A stretch of DNA of 64,000 bases from the human T2T-CHM13v2.0 reference genome, Homo sapiens (GCF_009914755.1 NC_060926.1), one strand, 5' to 3'; shown: positions 40,301 through 55,154, numbered from the stretch's first letter. Made by a program: numbers and translations. Notes: generated from the sequence alone by a model not told the origin.

Positions 40301-41859
40301 TAAAATCATCTAAACCTATGTGTGCTTGAGGCAACACCTCCACATAAGAATGTCAAAGTCCATTCCTTCCCTGACAGATCTTTGAGGGAAAACAGTTTAA
40401 GCTGAGAAGGCATATGGAGACAACGCAGTTACTCAGACAACCCCCTGGGAATATTCTTGGTCAGGCCAGAGAGCAATTCCGTCTTTTGGGCTGTGAAAAC
40501 ATGGCCTCTGAGGTTCATTCTGAGTCAATCTATGATCATCCCTGGTTTTATTTTGCTAAACCCAGAATGTGGTCAAATGCAGCAGTGAGAGTGTCCTTTA
40601 TCCATGGGTCCATTTTAATGGGCCCTGGTATTTCCGTCCCTGGCCATTCTTATTCGGTGTCGCTGTCATCAATGAATTTGATCATACTTCTGCCTGAGGC
40701 ACTTTAAGCAAATTGGACATTTTTTTTAATAATAAAAAGCTGACAAATGAAATGTTTAAAAATAGGATGGTGCTGACTCTGAGAATGTATCTGAAATGGA
40801 TGTGAGAAGAGTAGAAGGGTCTCTGATGGGATTTTTTGTGCTCTTCTATGACATTAAACATTCTGTATCCATTAGGAAATGTTGTTCCTTCATTTCAAAA
40901 ATATTAAATAATTTCTTTAGTGCAACTATATGGAAAACTCTGACATGAACACTAGTTGGGTAGAGGAGGAAGGTACATACATGAAATAGTCCCCATCCCT
41001 AACTTTTCAACCTATTCAGACTCTTATAATTCTTTAATACTTAGTTTTCCTAGGATGTCTGCTTGGTCACTGTTACAGGTAGTTTCTCATTCTTCAAGAC
41101 CTTCATAAATTAGCATCCATAACAATTAGCTGGCATATGTAAAACTTCTCTGGAACACCTCTTGTACAATGTTTGTGTAGCATTAGTGAAATCACGTATT
41201 GCTCTTCAGCACCCCAGGTGGGTTGTCCATCTCTACCCCTCCTGCCCCAATCACAAATTCTTCATCAATTGGGGTCATTTTAGCTTCTTTACAATTGAAA
41301 GTATAAATGTAGGCATAACATTTTTATCTATACTGACTATGTGGTCAAACTTTGGGTTTACTTGTTTATATAGTTTTCTTGATTTATTAAGTATTGCTAG
41401 AAGTTAAATAGCTTTGTTTACAAGCTGAGTGGAAGTTCTTCAGCAAAATATTAATAGCAGTTCAGGGCTAGTGTGAGAGTCCTTCAGGAGGCATCACTTG
41501 ATGGCATCACTCTCTCAAGCTCTCAAAATTATATGATCTATTTTAAGAAACTTGACAATTTCTCTTGCCTTTAATTGCACTTTCTAGCATTTGGCAAGGA
41601 ATCTTGTATAGTCACAATAACTTTATTTTCAATATTGTATAATCACATAATTTTGTAAAGGCATTAAAAGCCATCATTACTCTTTTAACTTTTAAATTTA
41701 CATTTAAATCAATAGAGTACAATGCTACCAATGCAAACTATTTAACTGAGGTGGAAATCAGATAAAAAAAAACCTCCAATAGAGAGCTAAGTTTTCATTT
41801 TTTAAGCAAAACAATTATCACAACTTACTTTCCCACTTGCTGTTATATGAAAAACACAA

Positions 41860-42120
41860 AGCAGTGGAATAAACAGTGGATATGGAGATGGAAGTTTAAA
41901 AACTCCCATGCCATACCAATAAAACATGAGTTTGTATGAGACATGCACCTCTTCCCAGCTCTGTGTATTTATTTACTTCTTGAGGCTTCTACTTCCTCAC
42001 TTATAAAATGAGTGTTTTTAAAACCTACCTTGAAAAGGTATTGGGAGCTCAGTAAAATATCTGATACAGTACAGAGCTCAAGACATAATAGGTGCTCAGT
42101 AAATGGTAGTTCATGATAAT
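41860..42120 (+). mobile_element. MIR
   Basis: cttcctcacttataaaatgag...acataataggtgctcagtaaatggtag. Confidence 0.75.
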
Positions 42121-42187
42121 ATGAATCCCCTTTCATCTTTTCTTACTTTTTTTCTTTGATCACTAGAATCTAATATTCTAGATATCT

Positions 42188-42528
42188 AATCTCCAAAAAC
42201 TAAAAAACATACTGCCCTTACTTAGATGTGAGAACTAATTTGTGGAAACAGGATGTTGAATTTAAAATCTCTGGTTTCCCTGGACTTGGTTCCCCAATTT
42301 CACAGCACATCAAACTGTGTCCTGGCTCCTTGTTGACTATTTCATTTCACAGCTACCATACTGGAGGAATTTGTCATGCTCAGATATCTGGGTAGTGTAA
42401 ACTAAACATTTATGTGCTAATGAAAGAGTCAACAGGAAACTGTGTGGGCCTCTCCTTTGCCTTCTCCATTTCCTAATGTTTCATATGTGTCACAGCTGTA
42501 CTCACTCTCAACATGAACAACCGTGATT
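42188..42528 (+). repeat. Copy 2 of the ~340-bp local direct duplication
   Basis: Same sequence as 39962-40300, 2.2 kb downstream. Confidence 0.95.
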
Positions 42529-42904
42529 GTTGTTTGATAGAGATTGTGGCACAATAGCCGACCAAATCTAAGTTAAATAAAACACCTTTGAGCATTCTTC
42601 ACTCATTACATTCTTTTCCTCTCCCACAGCCTAGCTGGGTGCCCTGGAGAGGCAGGTCTGGTTAACAGTCCCAGAAGGAAGACAGGAAAGTGCATACAAT
42701 ATGGCCTCCTACCTTTGCCCCTTCCCACCCTGTGCCTCCCAAATCACAAAATACAGGACTGAATTAACAGAGAAACCAAAGCTAGCATTACAAATGGATG
42801 TCTATATCTGCACCAAACATTTTTTTTCTTCTCTACTGTTATATTAAATTTGTCCCTCTTCCTGCCTAAAGACAGTTTCTCCACTTGTGCCTTGATTCTT
42901 TCTT

Positions 42905-44575
42905 ATAGAGGTCATCTCTTTGCTTATATTGCCCGTCTGATTTTGTACGTCGTCTACTTTTTCCTTTAAGTTCCTGTCTGATAAACCGAACATCTATCAT
43001 ATCTGAGTCTGGTTCTGATAATTGTCTCCAGACTGCCTTGCCTTCTGAAATGACTTGTAATTTTGGGCTGACAGCCAGAGTTGTTTAAGATAATAGGTAC
43101 AAAAGTAGATTTGCCTTTAATATGAGGATTTGTGTTAATCTGGCTAGGAGTCAGGCTGTTTATAGTTTATTGTAGCTAGAGGCAACAGAGGCTTCAAATT
43201 CCTCTACTGGTACTGTTTTATCCTCCTTTCCTGGCTTTGGGTCTTCCCTATGTACTCTTCCTCAGGTAGAGTCTGTGCCTTGCTACTTTTTCACCTGTAA
43301 TCCACTGTTATTATTACTGTAAGTTGGTTAGTTTAGTGGTAAGATGTGGGGAAAGTGGTAAGATGTGAGCATTCTATAATCTTCTACTTGCGTCTTAGTA
43401 TTTTAGTGGGCTTATGTCTCAGGGGTGTGAACTTCAGAAGTATCTATCACTTTTCTAGGAGTACATCTCTTCCTCCACTGTTTCCAAGTTCCTTTTTAGC
43501 TACAACATTCCTATTCTATTTTTTGAAGTCCTTTCCCCTGTTGACTAGTGTTAAAATAAAATAAAATGGAAAATAGACCTGAGAATCTCCTGAGCAGACA
43601 AAGCCAGTTAATCCACAGTGGCAACCTTGACCTTATTAGATTTGCAAACATAGGCAAAACTTAAGTTGAACTGTTTTTTGTAAGTGCCTAATTAAAGAAA
43701 AAGGAAATTTAAGATCAACTAATCAGAAGATGTCAGCTAACTTATAGCTATACACCTAAGGACTTTCCAATGGGATAGACCAAATAAGGCCATTTCATAA
43801 CTGTAACCAATCAACTATTTTATTTACATTGTTTCTGAGTTCATCGCAGAAAAGCCCTCTCCTTGTGTACCCTTGGGGGAATCCAAGCCACCTTCAGTTT
43901 GGTGCTTCCCAACTGATAAATCACCGTTTGTTCAAATAAAGTCTTTAAAATTTTATCGTGTCTCTAGTTACCTTTAAACACTAGGCTCTTACTCATTTTC
44001 CCTTAGGTAAGACAGTAAGGGTTTGATCAGACATCAGTGGGGCAGAGTTGCCTTCCCCCAGCTGGGATAACATTTCAAAATTACCCTCTAATGAAGTTCA
44101 TCACCCTGGAGATTAGGCCTTTGTTTAGGAGAACTTCACCATGGCTACTATTTCTTCTTCCACGTCTCTGCCTGCCAGGGCCATGTAGGAAGATTTCACA
44201 GCTTCTCCCCATGAGAAAATGGTAGGGTCCCTAGAAGAAACCCTGGGAAACTATGTGAATCCCTAATGACTGCTGCCCCCAGGAGCGTCCCATTCTCATG
44301 CAAGTCTAGACATAGACTCCAGCAATCTGTCAAAATTACTATTTAAGCATTTCTACCAGTTGTGGTCCCAGCAGTTTCTGCTCCATGTAAGTTGATCTTA
44401 GTTGATATGTCTCCCAGATATGCTCCAGATTTCAGGGTGGTTGTCTGTCCTGCAACCTTAGTTCTCTGACGGAACTAAGAAAGTCATGATTTTCAGCTTG
44501 TATAGCTTCCTCTTATTGTAAGGACAAGAGTAATAACTTCCAATTTTAACATATCAAAGCTGAAACAAGAAATCC
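42905..44575 (-). mobile_element. Old L1M 5'-region fragment (L1MC/MD-like) hosting an ERV1 LTR
   Basis: tcctgtctgataa...tctgagtctggttctg...gttaatctggctaggagt resemble antisense L1M 5' region. Confidence 0.45.
43549..43980 (+). mobile_element. ERV1-class solo LTR (MER34/MER39-like)
   Basis: tgttaaa...aaca termini, tgtaaccaatca box, aaataaa signal, 4-bp TSD ctag on both sides. Confidence 0.8.
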
Positions 44576-44643
44576 CTCCACCTATATTTTGAATACTGTA
44601 TGTCCTGCTATATCAGGAATCTTACTCTTAAATACTACTTTCT

Positions 44644-45225
44644 TTTTTTTTTTTTTAAGTATACTTTAAGTTCTGGGATACATGTGCAGGACGTGCAGGT
44701 TTGTTACATAGGTGTACATGTGCCATGGTGGTTTGCTGCACCCATCAACCTGTCATCTACATTAGGTATTTCTCCTAATGCTATCCCTCCCCTAGCCTCC
44801 CACCCCCTGACAGGACCCAGTGTGTGATGTTCCCCTCCCTGTGTCCATGTGTTCTCATTGTTCAACTCCCACTTTTGAGTGAGAACATGCAGTGTTTGGT
44901 TTTCTGTTCCTGTGTGAGTTTGCTGAGAATGATGGTTTCCAGCTTCATCCGTGTCCCTGCAAAGGACATGAAATCATCATTTTTTGTGGCTGCATAGTAT
45001 TCCATGGTGTATATGTGCCACATTTTCTTTATGCAGTCTTTCACAGATGGTCATTTGGGTTGGTTCCAAGTCTTTGCTATTATGAATAGTGCTGCAATAA
45101 ACATACATGTGCATGTGTCTTTATAGTAGAATGATTTATAATTCTTTGGGTATATACCCAGTAATGGGATTGCTGGTTTAAATAGTATTTCTGGTTCTAG
45201 ATCCTTGAGGAATTGCCACATTGTC
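44644..45225 (-). mobile_element. 5'-truncated L1PA (L1PA7-like) 3' end
   Basis: Poly-T followed by atactttaagttctgggatacatgtgcag...; TSD tactactttct (44633-44643/45230-45240). Confidence 0.93.
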
Positions 45226-45240
45226 ATACTACTACTTTCT

Positions 45241-45350
45241 AGTCTTGACTGTGCATTGGAATCACCTGAAAAGCTTTAGAAATTACTGATGCCTGGGCTT
45301 CCTCCCTAGAGGGTCTGATTTAATTAGTCTGGGACTGAGAACTATTGCCC
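45241..45350. mobile_element. MER5-like fragment
   Basis: ttggaatcacctg...tactgatgcctggg...tctgatttaatt. Confidence 0.65.
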
Positions 45351-45569
45351 TAGTGTTCATACACTTTGCAGACCAGAGTGGGATTTTTTTTCAAAACCTA
45401 AATTTGATTACATTTGTCCTGTTGTTTAAAATACTTCAATGACTATGCATTGCTTTAACCAAAGAAAAGAAACATGCTTACATGGTTTGCAGAATTCTAT
45501 AGTCTTGCCTCTGCCTCAGTTGTCACTTCTCCTGGCCCTCTTTTATTTCCTCACTGCACTCCCTCTCCC

Positions 45570-47995
45570 CACATCCATTCATCCCACAAATATTATTGAA
45601 CACCTACGTATGACCTAGGCACTAACTGAGATATTGAATATACTGCAATGAACAAAACATAGCTAGTGCTTCTGCATATGGAGCTTACATTTTTGTTGCA
45701 GGGAAGATAGACACTAAATAAACCAAACAAATATGGTACATATATACGTATGTGTATATATATAAATATGTATGTATGTTTAGGCATAATATTGTACAGC
45801 AGATTCTAAAACTTACTCATCTTATATAACTGCAACTTTATACCTGTTGAACAGCAACCCAGATTTCCCCTTCCCAATAGTTCCTGGCAACCACCATTCT
45901 CTCTCTGCTTCTGTGAATATGACTATTTAGATACCTGATATAAGTGGAATCATGCAGTATTTGTCCTTCTGTGACAGGTTTATCTTAGTTAACATAATGT
46001 CCTCAGGTTTGTCCGTGTTGTTGCATATGATACATTTTCCTTTTTCACAAAAAAAGAATAATATTTCTGTATCCATTCATCCACTGATAAAAATTTAAGG
46101 TGTTTCCAAATCTTGGCTATTGTGAATAATGCTGCAATGTACAAGGATGGGAGCAGTGTGCAGATAGCATTTCAAGATCCTGATTTCAATTCTTATGGCT
46201 ATATATACCTGGAAGTAGAATTACTGGGTCACATGGCAGTTGCATTTTGGTTTTTGAGGAACCTCCATACTATTTTCCATTGGAGCTGCACCAATTTACA
46301 TTCCTACCAAAAATGTACAAGGGTTGTAATTAATCCACGTCTTTGCCAACACTGTTGTCTTTTGTTTTTTTGATAGCCATTCTAACAGGTGTGAGGTGCT
46401 ATCTCATTGTGACACTGATTTGCATTTTCTGATTATTAGTAATGTTGAACATCTTTTCATATTGTGGACCATTAGTGTTTTCTTCAGGGAAGTCTCTATT
46501 CAATTCCTTTGCCCATTTTTTAGATGAGTGTGTTTATTTGTTTGTTTGCTATTGAGTTATAACAGTTCCTTATATATTTACACATTAACCTCTTATCCAA
46601 TAAATGGCTAATAAATATTTTCTCCCATTCTGTAGGTTGCCTTTTCACTCTGTTGATTGTTTTCTTTGCTGGGCTGAAGCTTTTTAGTTTGATATAGTCC
46701 CATTTGTCTATTTTTGCATTTGTTGCTTATGCTTTTGGTGTCATATCTAAGAAACCATTGCCAAAATCAATGTCATGAAGCTTTACAAAACAGGGTAAGA
46801 GAATAGAGAATAATAAAGGTACTGTTTTAAATAGAAAAAAAAAAAACAGGGAATGCTTCTCTAATGGAGTGACACTGAAGCAGAAATCTAGATAAATGAA
46901 TGATGAAGCAAACACTGTTAGGGAAACAGTGTTCAAATCAAAGGAAACAGCAAGTACAAAGGCCCAGCAAGGAGACAAGAGTAGCTTCAGTAAAAGGAAT
47001 GCTGTATAGATAAGATGTCGTGTATGAGATTATAAAAGAGCTTATTGGGGAGACAGAAGCACACAGGGACTTGTAGGTAATGGCAAGGAATTCAGATCTC
47101 ATTTCAAATGAGATTGAGATGCAAATGCCAGCCATTAGATAATTGTGAGAAAAACAGAGACATTAACTTAGGTTTTTAAAACATTACTCTGGTTACTGTG
47201 TAAGGCTGTAATAGTGCAAGTAACAAGAAAAAAGTTGAACTAAGAATTTATAATAATCTTGGCAAAAGCTAATAATGTCTTGGGTTAGGTTGGTAACAGA
47301 GAAGAACAAGAAAAGTGGCCAGAATCTGGATGCATTTTGAAGGAAAGCAGAGAAAATTCTCAGGGGAACTTGATGTGGTATTTGCATAAAAACTAGGAGT
47401 CTCAAATTATTCTATGGTTTCGTTAATAAGAAGCAGCATGAATAGTTAATTTTTACCAAGGAGAGAAGAAAAAGGCCTTTTGCGGAAAAGGCCAACAGTT
47501 CAGACTTAGAATAAGTTTGAGATGCCAAGGGATGATTTTAAGAAAATAGTGATATTTATTAAACTGGAATTCGGGGAGAGATCTGGTCAGATATAACGAC
47601 AATAATCTCAAAAACTTTACATAGCATTTAAAACCATGGTACTAGATGAAGTCACCTTAGATGTGACTGTAGGTAGAGAAACAGAGAAGTACCAGTTCTG
47701 AATCCCGGTGCCATCCAAAATGTTGTGGTAGGAATATGACTTTGGTAAAGAAAAGGACACTGAGAAGAAGCAACCAGTGGAATTGAAGTAGATTAAATAG
47801 CATCATGTCTTGACACCAAGTAAAAAAGCTCAAGAAGAAGAAAAGAAATGCCAAGGCTACATATTCTACATATATCAAATAACAAATGGACTGACAATGA
47901 CCATTGAATCTGTCAATATGGAGGATACTAGGGACCTTGATGAGAGCATTATTAGTAGGGTGAAGGGAATAATAGCCCGAGTGGGGTTAGCATAG
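45570..47995 (-). mobile_element. L2 split by an L1M insertion
   Basis: aaatattattgaacacctac at 45588; L2 antisense motifs resume after 46790 (ttttaaaacattactctgg, ataagtttgagatgcc, tgaccattgaat). Confidence 0.7.
45785..46785 (-). mobile_element. L1MA/L1MB 3' fragment
   Basis: ggcaaccaccattctctctctgcttctg...ataagtggaatcatgcagtatttgtcc; antisense ORF2 end. Confidence 0.85.
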
Positions 47996-48540
47996 AAGAA
48001 AAGAAGTTCCACATCTGCTAATGGGAAGGTAGTTTGTATTGGACGAATTCCTCTATATGGTAATAATTACAAACTCTGCATAAAATATAAAGAATCTGAA
48101 AGTACAGAAGAGCAGCCAAATTAGCCAGTAGCTGAAAAGGAACCTGCCACTTAAAAGAAGATAAATGCTCTGGGTAAGATTTGCATTTAATGGCCCTTCT
48201 CCTGAGAAATCTCAGTAAGTATAGCATAGTTCTGCAGGAACTCAGGCTGAAAGTCACAGTGGTGCTCGTTTCAGAAGTCTGAGAATGGAGGTTAGGACTC
48301 CTGAGCTACTTTTAAAGTGAGGAGAAAGGAAGAAGTCACACAGCCACAGACAGAAAGCCCCACATCTGTATATAAACTCTGCCCAAATCCTTAGTTAAGC
48401 TAAGCCCCAGCTGTGATTATCTGGGGAAATGCCGTGGGCCCAAAGGAAAGCAATAGGTGGCAGGCAAAAAGAACTAAGCAGAGATTCCAGCTGCTAACCA
48501 TCTCATGGAAGACACAGTTTGGAGTTTGAATGTAACCAAA

Positions 48541-48903
48541 TATCTTAGTCAATTCAAGCTTCTATAACAAAGTGCCATAAACTAGGAAGCTTATTAACAA
48601 CAGGAATTTATTTTTCACATTTCTGGAGGCTGGATGGCATGTATCATAGCACCAGCATGGCTGGGTTTGGGTGAAGGCCTTTTTTCAGGTTGCAGACTGA
48701 TGACTTCTCATTGTATCCGGACACAGTGGAAAAAGAGCTAGCTGGCTTTCTGGCCTCTTCTTATAAGGGCACTAATCCCATTCATGAGGGCTCCACTCTC
48801 CTGATATAATTACCTTCCAAAGGCCCTGTCTCCAAATACGATCACATTGGGATTGGATTTCAACATATGAATTTGGTGAGACATAAAAATTCCATCCATA
48901 GCA
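48541..48903 (-). mobile_element. MSTD/MLT1A-type solo LTR
   Basis: ctataacaaagtgccataaact...taatcccattcatgagggctcc...atttcaacatatgaattt. Confidence 0.8.
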
Positions 48904-49924
48904 CTAAGTTAACTGCCGGGAAGAACAAAAAATAAACATGCTTCAGAGGATGATGAAAGAACCCAGAATTTTTACACTATATCATCCATAATGTCTAGTA
49001 TACTATAAAAAAATACTAGACATCAGAAGAAACAGGGAAATATGACCCATAGTCGATAGAAAAAGTAATCAATAGCAAAATATCGTGAAGTAATCCAGAT
49101 GTTGGAATTAGCAAAAATGGACTTGAAAGACACTCTTACAAATATGTTCGAAGGCTTAAAGAATAATATGGTCATGTAATTAAACAGATATATGAGAATA
49201 AAAGAAGAATCAAGTCAAATTTTTAGAATGAAAATTAGAGTAGTTTGATTAAAATTTTCATTCACTAAATGGGATTAAGAGAGATTGGTGATTAAAGAAC
49301 AAAAAGTTAAGATAATTAAAAACATATCAAACTAAATTACCTAATTCATATAACCAAGGTTTTTTAGAAAACAGGAACAGAGCCTCAGTCACCTATAAAA
49401 CAATATCAAACAATCTGCAATTAGAAACTTAGAAGAGTAAAAGATTGGAGAAGCAAAAAAATGACTGAAAATTTCCCAAATTGTATAGAAAATTCCATAT
49501 ATAAGTTTAGAAACTGAAAGAAAGACAATTACAAAGAAAATCATGCTTAATAATATCAGAGTCAAATAACAAAACCAAAAACAAAGAGAAAATTCTGAAA
49601 ACAGAAGAAAATGGCACTTACGGAAAATTAACAATATGAATATAAATGACTTCTCATAAAAATAATGGAAGCCAAAAGACAATGGAACAACATCTATGAG
49701 ATACAAAAACAATAAACATTTTCAACATATTCAGTGGAAAAAGTTGTCAAAAACAAAGGTGATATAAGAAAAACAAAGTAGACAGACTAAATAGAATTCC
49801 ACTAACCAAATTTAAAACATAATGAACAGCAAAATAATTCAGTATTGAATTATAAAATACAGGAAGGAAGAAGTAGAAATAAATAACTTTCTAGTGATTG
49901 TTAATTAATTAATTAAAATGGCAG

Positions 49925-50022
49925 GAAGAGGATAAGAGGAATAAAGGAGGGGGGAAGGAGGGAGGAAAGAAAGAAGGAAAAAGAAAAGAAGGGCAAGAAA
50001 AGAAAAAAGAAGAGAAAAGAAA
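49925..50022. repeat. GA-rich low-complexity tract
   Basis: Directly visible. Confidence 0.85.
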
Positions 50023-51344
50023 GTGTGTGTTTTCTACAATAGAAGGAAGAGGGCTGGCAGGTCAATATGTAAAAAGTGCTGGAGTTGGAAAATATTGTGC
50101 AGTTGTGAAAATGAAAATCAATTCAGGCAAGAATCATCAGTCTGATGTGAGAGATTATGATGGAGGTTGGGATATTTGTATGATATAGATTTCTTATTAG
50201 TCATACGAAAAAATAGAAATTATACACTGGAGAATCCAGATAACTCCTGGGCTGGGTGAACAAAATTCATATCACCAAGGAGGGTGTAAATGGCCATCAC
50301 ATGCCCCAGATATAATACCCTGAAAATAACACAATGTCTCTTATGTAATATTGTAGCCTGGAATGCATAAACTAAATTAATTATGATAAAACATCAACCA
50401 TATTCAAAATAGGGAATATTTTCTTCTCCAAAATTGTGAACATCTCAAAGCTAAAAAGCCCCAGGTTAAAGACACTCAAAAGGCATGAATGCTAAATGCA
50501 ATATTGGTCCTAGGCTAGATCAAGTAAATGTTGATAAGTGTGTACAACTATTGTTTGTAATAGCATATACATTTGCTGAAATTATGAAGTTATATCCAAA
50601 TAAGTAATTTTTATTAAATGAAGAGGAAATGACATTCTCAAATGAAAACAGAATTCTTCATCCGCAGAGTTACACAACAACAACAAAATGCTAAAGGATG
50701 TTTTTCAGATTGGAGTCAATTGAGACTCAACAGAAATTTGGATCAAGAAATGAAAAATATTAAAAGGAGATTAGAAATTGCAAACAAATAACAGTGAAAT
50801 TGAAGACATAGCAATAGAAATTATCCAAAGAGAAACACATAGAGAAAAAGATCAAAAACATTAACACAGCATAAGTGAATTGTCAGACAACTTCAAGCAG
50901 TCAAGTATTCATGTAACTCGAGACTCCAATAAAGAAGATAATCTGGAATCATTTAAAATATTTCATTCAAAAGAAGCTCAAAGGGTGAGAGGCTGGGGGT
51001 GGAGGGAAAGAGAAGAACAAAAACTGAGGAGACAATAGAAACCAAATAGCAAGATAGTAGATTTAAATCTAATGAAAACAATAATCACATTTTATGTTAA
51101 TGGTCTAAACACTATTAAAAGGTAGAGAGGGAAGAATAGACTGTGTTATATGTTATAAGAAGTCCACTTTAAAAATAAAGAAACAAAGGATTAAAAGTAA
51201 AACTAATAAAAATGATATTCCATGTGAACATCAGTAAAAAAGAGAGCTGAATGGCTAAGTTAATATCAAATGAAGTGTATTTTAGAGCAAAGAAATTACA
51301 GGGTAAAGAGTGTCGTTTTATGATGACTCAGCAATCAATTCATG

Positions 51345-51594
51345 TCATAAAGATGAGGTCCTAATCCAATATGACTGGTGTCCTTGTAAGAAAAGGAAGA
51401 GACTCCGGGAGATGGACCTATACAGACCAAAGGCCATGTGAGGACACACGGGAAAGGTGGGCTTCTGAAAGCAAAGGAGAGAGCCTCAGGAGAAATCAAC
51501 CCTGCCAGCAACTTTTTCTTGGACTTCTAGTATCCAGAGCACTTCTAGCCTCACATTTATTTATGAGAGAATACATTTCTATTGTTTAAGCCAT
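51345..51594 (+). mobile_element. MLT1A/B-type LTR fragment
   Basis: cctaatccaatatgactggtgtcctt...ggccatgtgaggacac...tgtttaagcca. Confidence 0.8.
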
Positions 51595-52974
51595 AAAAAA
51601 GAAATCAGTTCATTAAGAGAACATAATAATCTTAAATATTTATGTGCCTAATTAATAATAGAATTTCAAAATACATAGAACAAACACCAACCTAACACAC
51701 TTTATTTTCCAATTAAAATTCTCTGGTTATATTTTTACACTATCACCTTCACCAAAATAACTTGAAATAAAATTACTACATAGAACATTAAGGATAGATA
51801 AATTCATAGTTATAATTTGAGATTTTGTCACCCCTCTCTCAATAATTGATAGAATAGATAGAAAATCAGTAAGGGTAGAGAAGATTTTAAAAGGCACTAG
51901 CATTAACTTAACCTAATTGATATTATCCCACTCAACAAGAGATGAAAATGCATTCTCCTCCAGTGCCCACAGAATATTTAGCATAATCAATCATATTCTA
52001 GATCATAAACTAAATCTCAGTAAACTTAAAAATATTTAAGTCACACAAAGTATGTTCTATGACCAAGCTGGAATTTAATTTGAAATTAGTAACAGAAAGG
52101 TATCTGGAAAATTCAGATATATGAAAACTAAATATTAATAGCACACTTCTAAACAGTCAATGGGTCAGAGAAGAAAACAAAAGGAAAATTAGAACAGAAT
52201 GAACCTTCAAACACAACACATCAAAAGTTGTGGAATGACCCTAAAGCTTTACTTAGAGTGAAATTCATGAAAAGAAGTGCTTATATTAGCAAAGAAGAAA
52301 AGTTATTACCTAAAGAAAAAAGTGAAGCACAAATGAAATTCAAAGTAAGCAGAAGAATAAAAATAATAAAGATGAGAGAAAAATCAAGGAAGAAAAACAA
52401 TTGTTAATAAATGAAATTACATTGAAACATTAGATCTTTGAGACGATCAATAAAATTGATAAACTTCTAGCCAGACTGATAAGAGAGAAAAAACAAATTA
52501 ACAATATCAAGAATGAGAGAGATGACACCATTACAAAATCTACAGACATTTAAAGGATAATAAAGGATTATATAAACAAATGTATACTAATTTGTTCAGC
52601 AACTTAGATAAAATTAAATAGTACAATGCAATACACACACTACCAGTGCGCATTCAAGAAGAAGTAGGTAACCTGATTAGCTTTATAGCAAGAAAATTGA
52701 ATTTGTAGTTAAAAACTTAACTACAGGAAACTCCAAGCTCAGATAGATACACTGATTAATTCCATAAGTCATTTAAGGAAGAAATAGTACTAAGTTTACA
52801 TATACTATTCCAGAAAATTGAAGAAGAGGTAATACTTTCCAACTCACCTTATGAGCCAGCATTACCCTGATGCCTAAGTTAGACAAAGACATGACAAGGA
52901 AAGGACATACATATATCCCTCATCAACATAGATGCAAGCGTTTAAAAAAACAGCAAAATAAATTAAATAATATG

Positions 52975-53343
52975 CAAATGCTCTTTGACTTATGATGAGC
53001 TTATGTCCCAATAAACCCAATGTTGAGTGAGTCAAAAATACCATGTCAAAAATGCATTTAATAAACCTAACCTACTGAACATTATAGCTTAGCCCAGACT
53101 ATCTTAAATGTACTCAAAACACTTATGTTTACCTCCAGTTGAACAAAATTATCTAACACAAATACTATTTTATAATAAAATGATAAACATTTAAGTAAGA
53201 ATATCATACCACATATCACTAGCAGGAGAAAACAGCAAAATTCAAAAGTTGAAGTAAAGTTTCTACTGAATGCATATCACCTTCACACCACTGGAAAGTT
53301 AAAAAAACATTAAGTGAAGTCATTATCAGTACAACACCATCTG
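52975..53343 (+). mobile_element. MER47A-like Tigger MITE
   Basis: caaatgctctttgacttatgatg...aaaatgcatttaat...ctaacctactgaacattatagcttagcc...catctg followed by TA. Confidence 0.8.
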
Positions 53344-55154
53344 TATAAATAGTAGAAAGCACTATGGCCATGTGGGACATACCCCAGGAATGCAAGGTTA
53401 GTTTAACATCTAAAAACCCATTATTGTAATTCGCCCTACTAAAATAAAAGGAAAATTCATATGGTCATCTCAATATACATAGATAAAGCATTTTATAAAA
53501 TCCAATATCCATTTCTGATAAAACCTCCTATCAAAATAGGAATAGAAGTGAACATCCCCAACCTGATAGTGGGTAATCTATAAAAAATCTACAGCTAATA
53601 TCATAATTAATAGTGAAAGAATGAATGCTTTCCTCCAGAGACTGAGAACAAGACAAGCACTGAAATTCTCACTAATTCTTTACCATGTTTTAGTGGAGGT
53701 TCAACACAGTACAGTAAAACAAGAAAAAGAAATAAGTGCATCTAGATTTGAAAGGAAGTGGCAAAATGTCTTCATTTGCAGATATCTGCATAAAATATCT
53801 TATAAAATCTTTTTAAAATGTATTAATACTAAAAAATTGTGTTTAGAAAAGTTACAAGACACAAGATCAACAATTTTATTTCTATATACTAGCAAAAAAC
53901 ACTTGAAAATAAATTTTAAAAATTTGTTTTTAGAATAGCAGCAACAACTATAAAATACTTGGGGAAATTTCTGACAAAATATGTCCAAAACCAATACAAT
54001 GAAATGTACAAAGCGTTGGTGAGAGATACTAAAAAATATCTAAATAAATGCAGAGATATACTGCATTCAGGAAGACTCACTATTGTTAAGATCTCATTTC
54101 TCCCCAAATTATCTACATGTTCAATAAAATCTTTGCCAAAATTAGAGCAAGATTTTCTTTGCAGAAATTAGAAAACCAATTCTAAAATTATATAGAAAAC
54201 CAATGGATCAATAATAGCCAAATTAACTCTGAAGAAGGATATAGTTGGAGAATTAATAATACCTGATTCTAAAACTTATCATAAAGCTACTACAACCAAG
54301 ACTTTGTTTTACTAGACAAATAGTTCAATGAAATAGAATGAAGAGTCCTGTAAAAAGCACACACATATATGTAAACTTGATTTTTGAAAAAGCTTTGCAA
54401 AGGTAATTCAGTAGATAAATTATGGTATCTTCAACAAATGATGCATGAACAACTGAATATCTGTAGGCAAACAAAAAGCTTCAATGTTTCCACTGTAAGT
54501 AAACATTAACTCAAAATGGATTGTAAACCTAAATATAAAATCTAAATCTTTAAAACTAAATTAAGAAAATTTCTAAGCCTATAGAAGTAAGTGTGAAACC
54601 TAAATCCATAAAATCTATAGAAAGGAAACTTAGGAGGAAATCTCAGGGACCTTTAGTTTGGCAAATGTTTTTTAAGTAGTATATAAAAAGCACACATTCT
54701 AAAAGAAAATATCAATAAATTAGACTTCATCAAAACCAAAAATTTTTACTCTTATAAGACACTGTTAAGAGTATTTAATGTTAAGCCATAGAATGAGAGA
54801 AAATGTTTGAAAATCACTTGTCTGATGAAGGACTAATATTCCCATACATGAAGAATTATTAAGATAAGAAACAATCCAATAGACTATGAACAAAATACAT
54901 ACACAGATACTTCACTATAGGTGATATAAAGATGGCAGATAAGCACATGAAAAAGGTTTTCAACATCATCAGTCACTGGGGAATATAAATTAGGAATGTG
55001 CAACATGATACCATTATATGTATATTAGAATGACAAAAAAAAAGAAAAAGACTGATCATACCAAGTGGTAGCAGGATGTGGATCAACTACCTCTCATACA
55101 CTGCTGGTGGGAATACAAAATAGCACAACCCCGTCAGAAAACAGATGGGCATTT

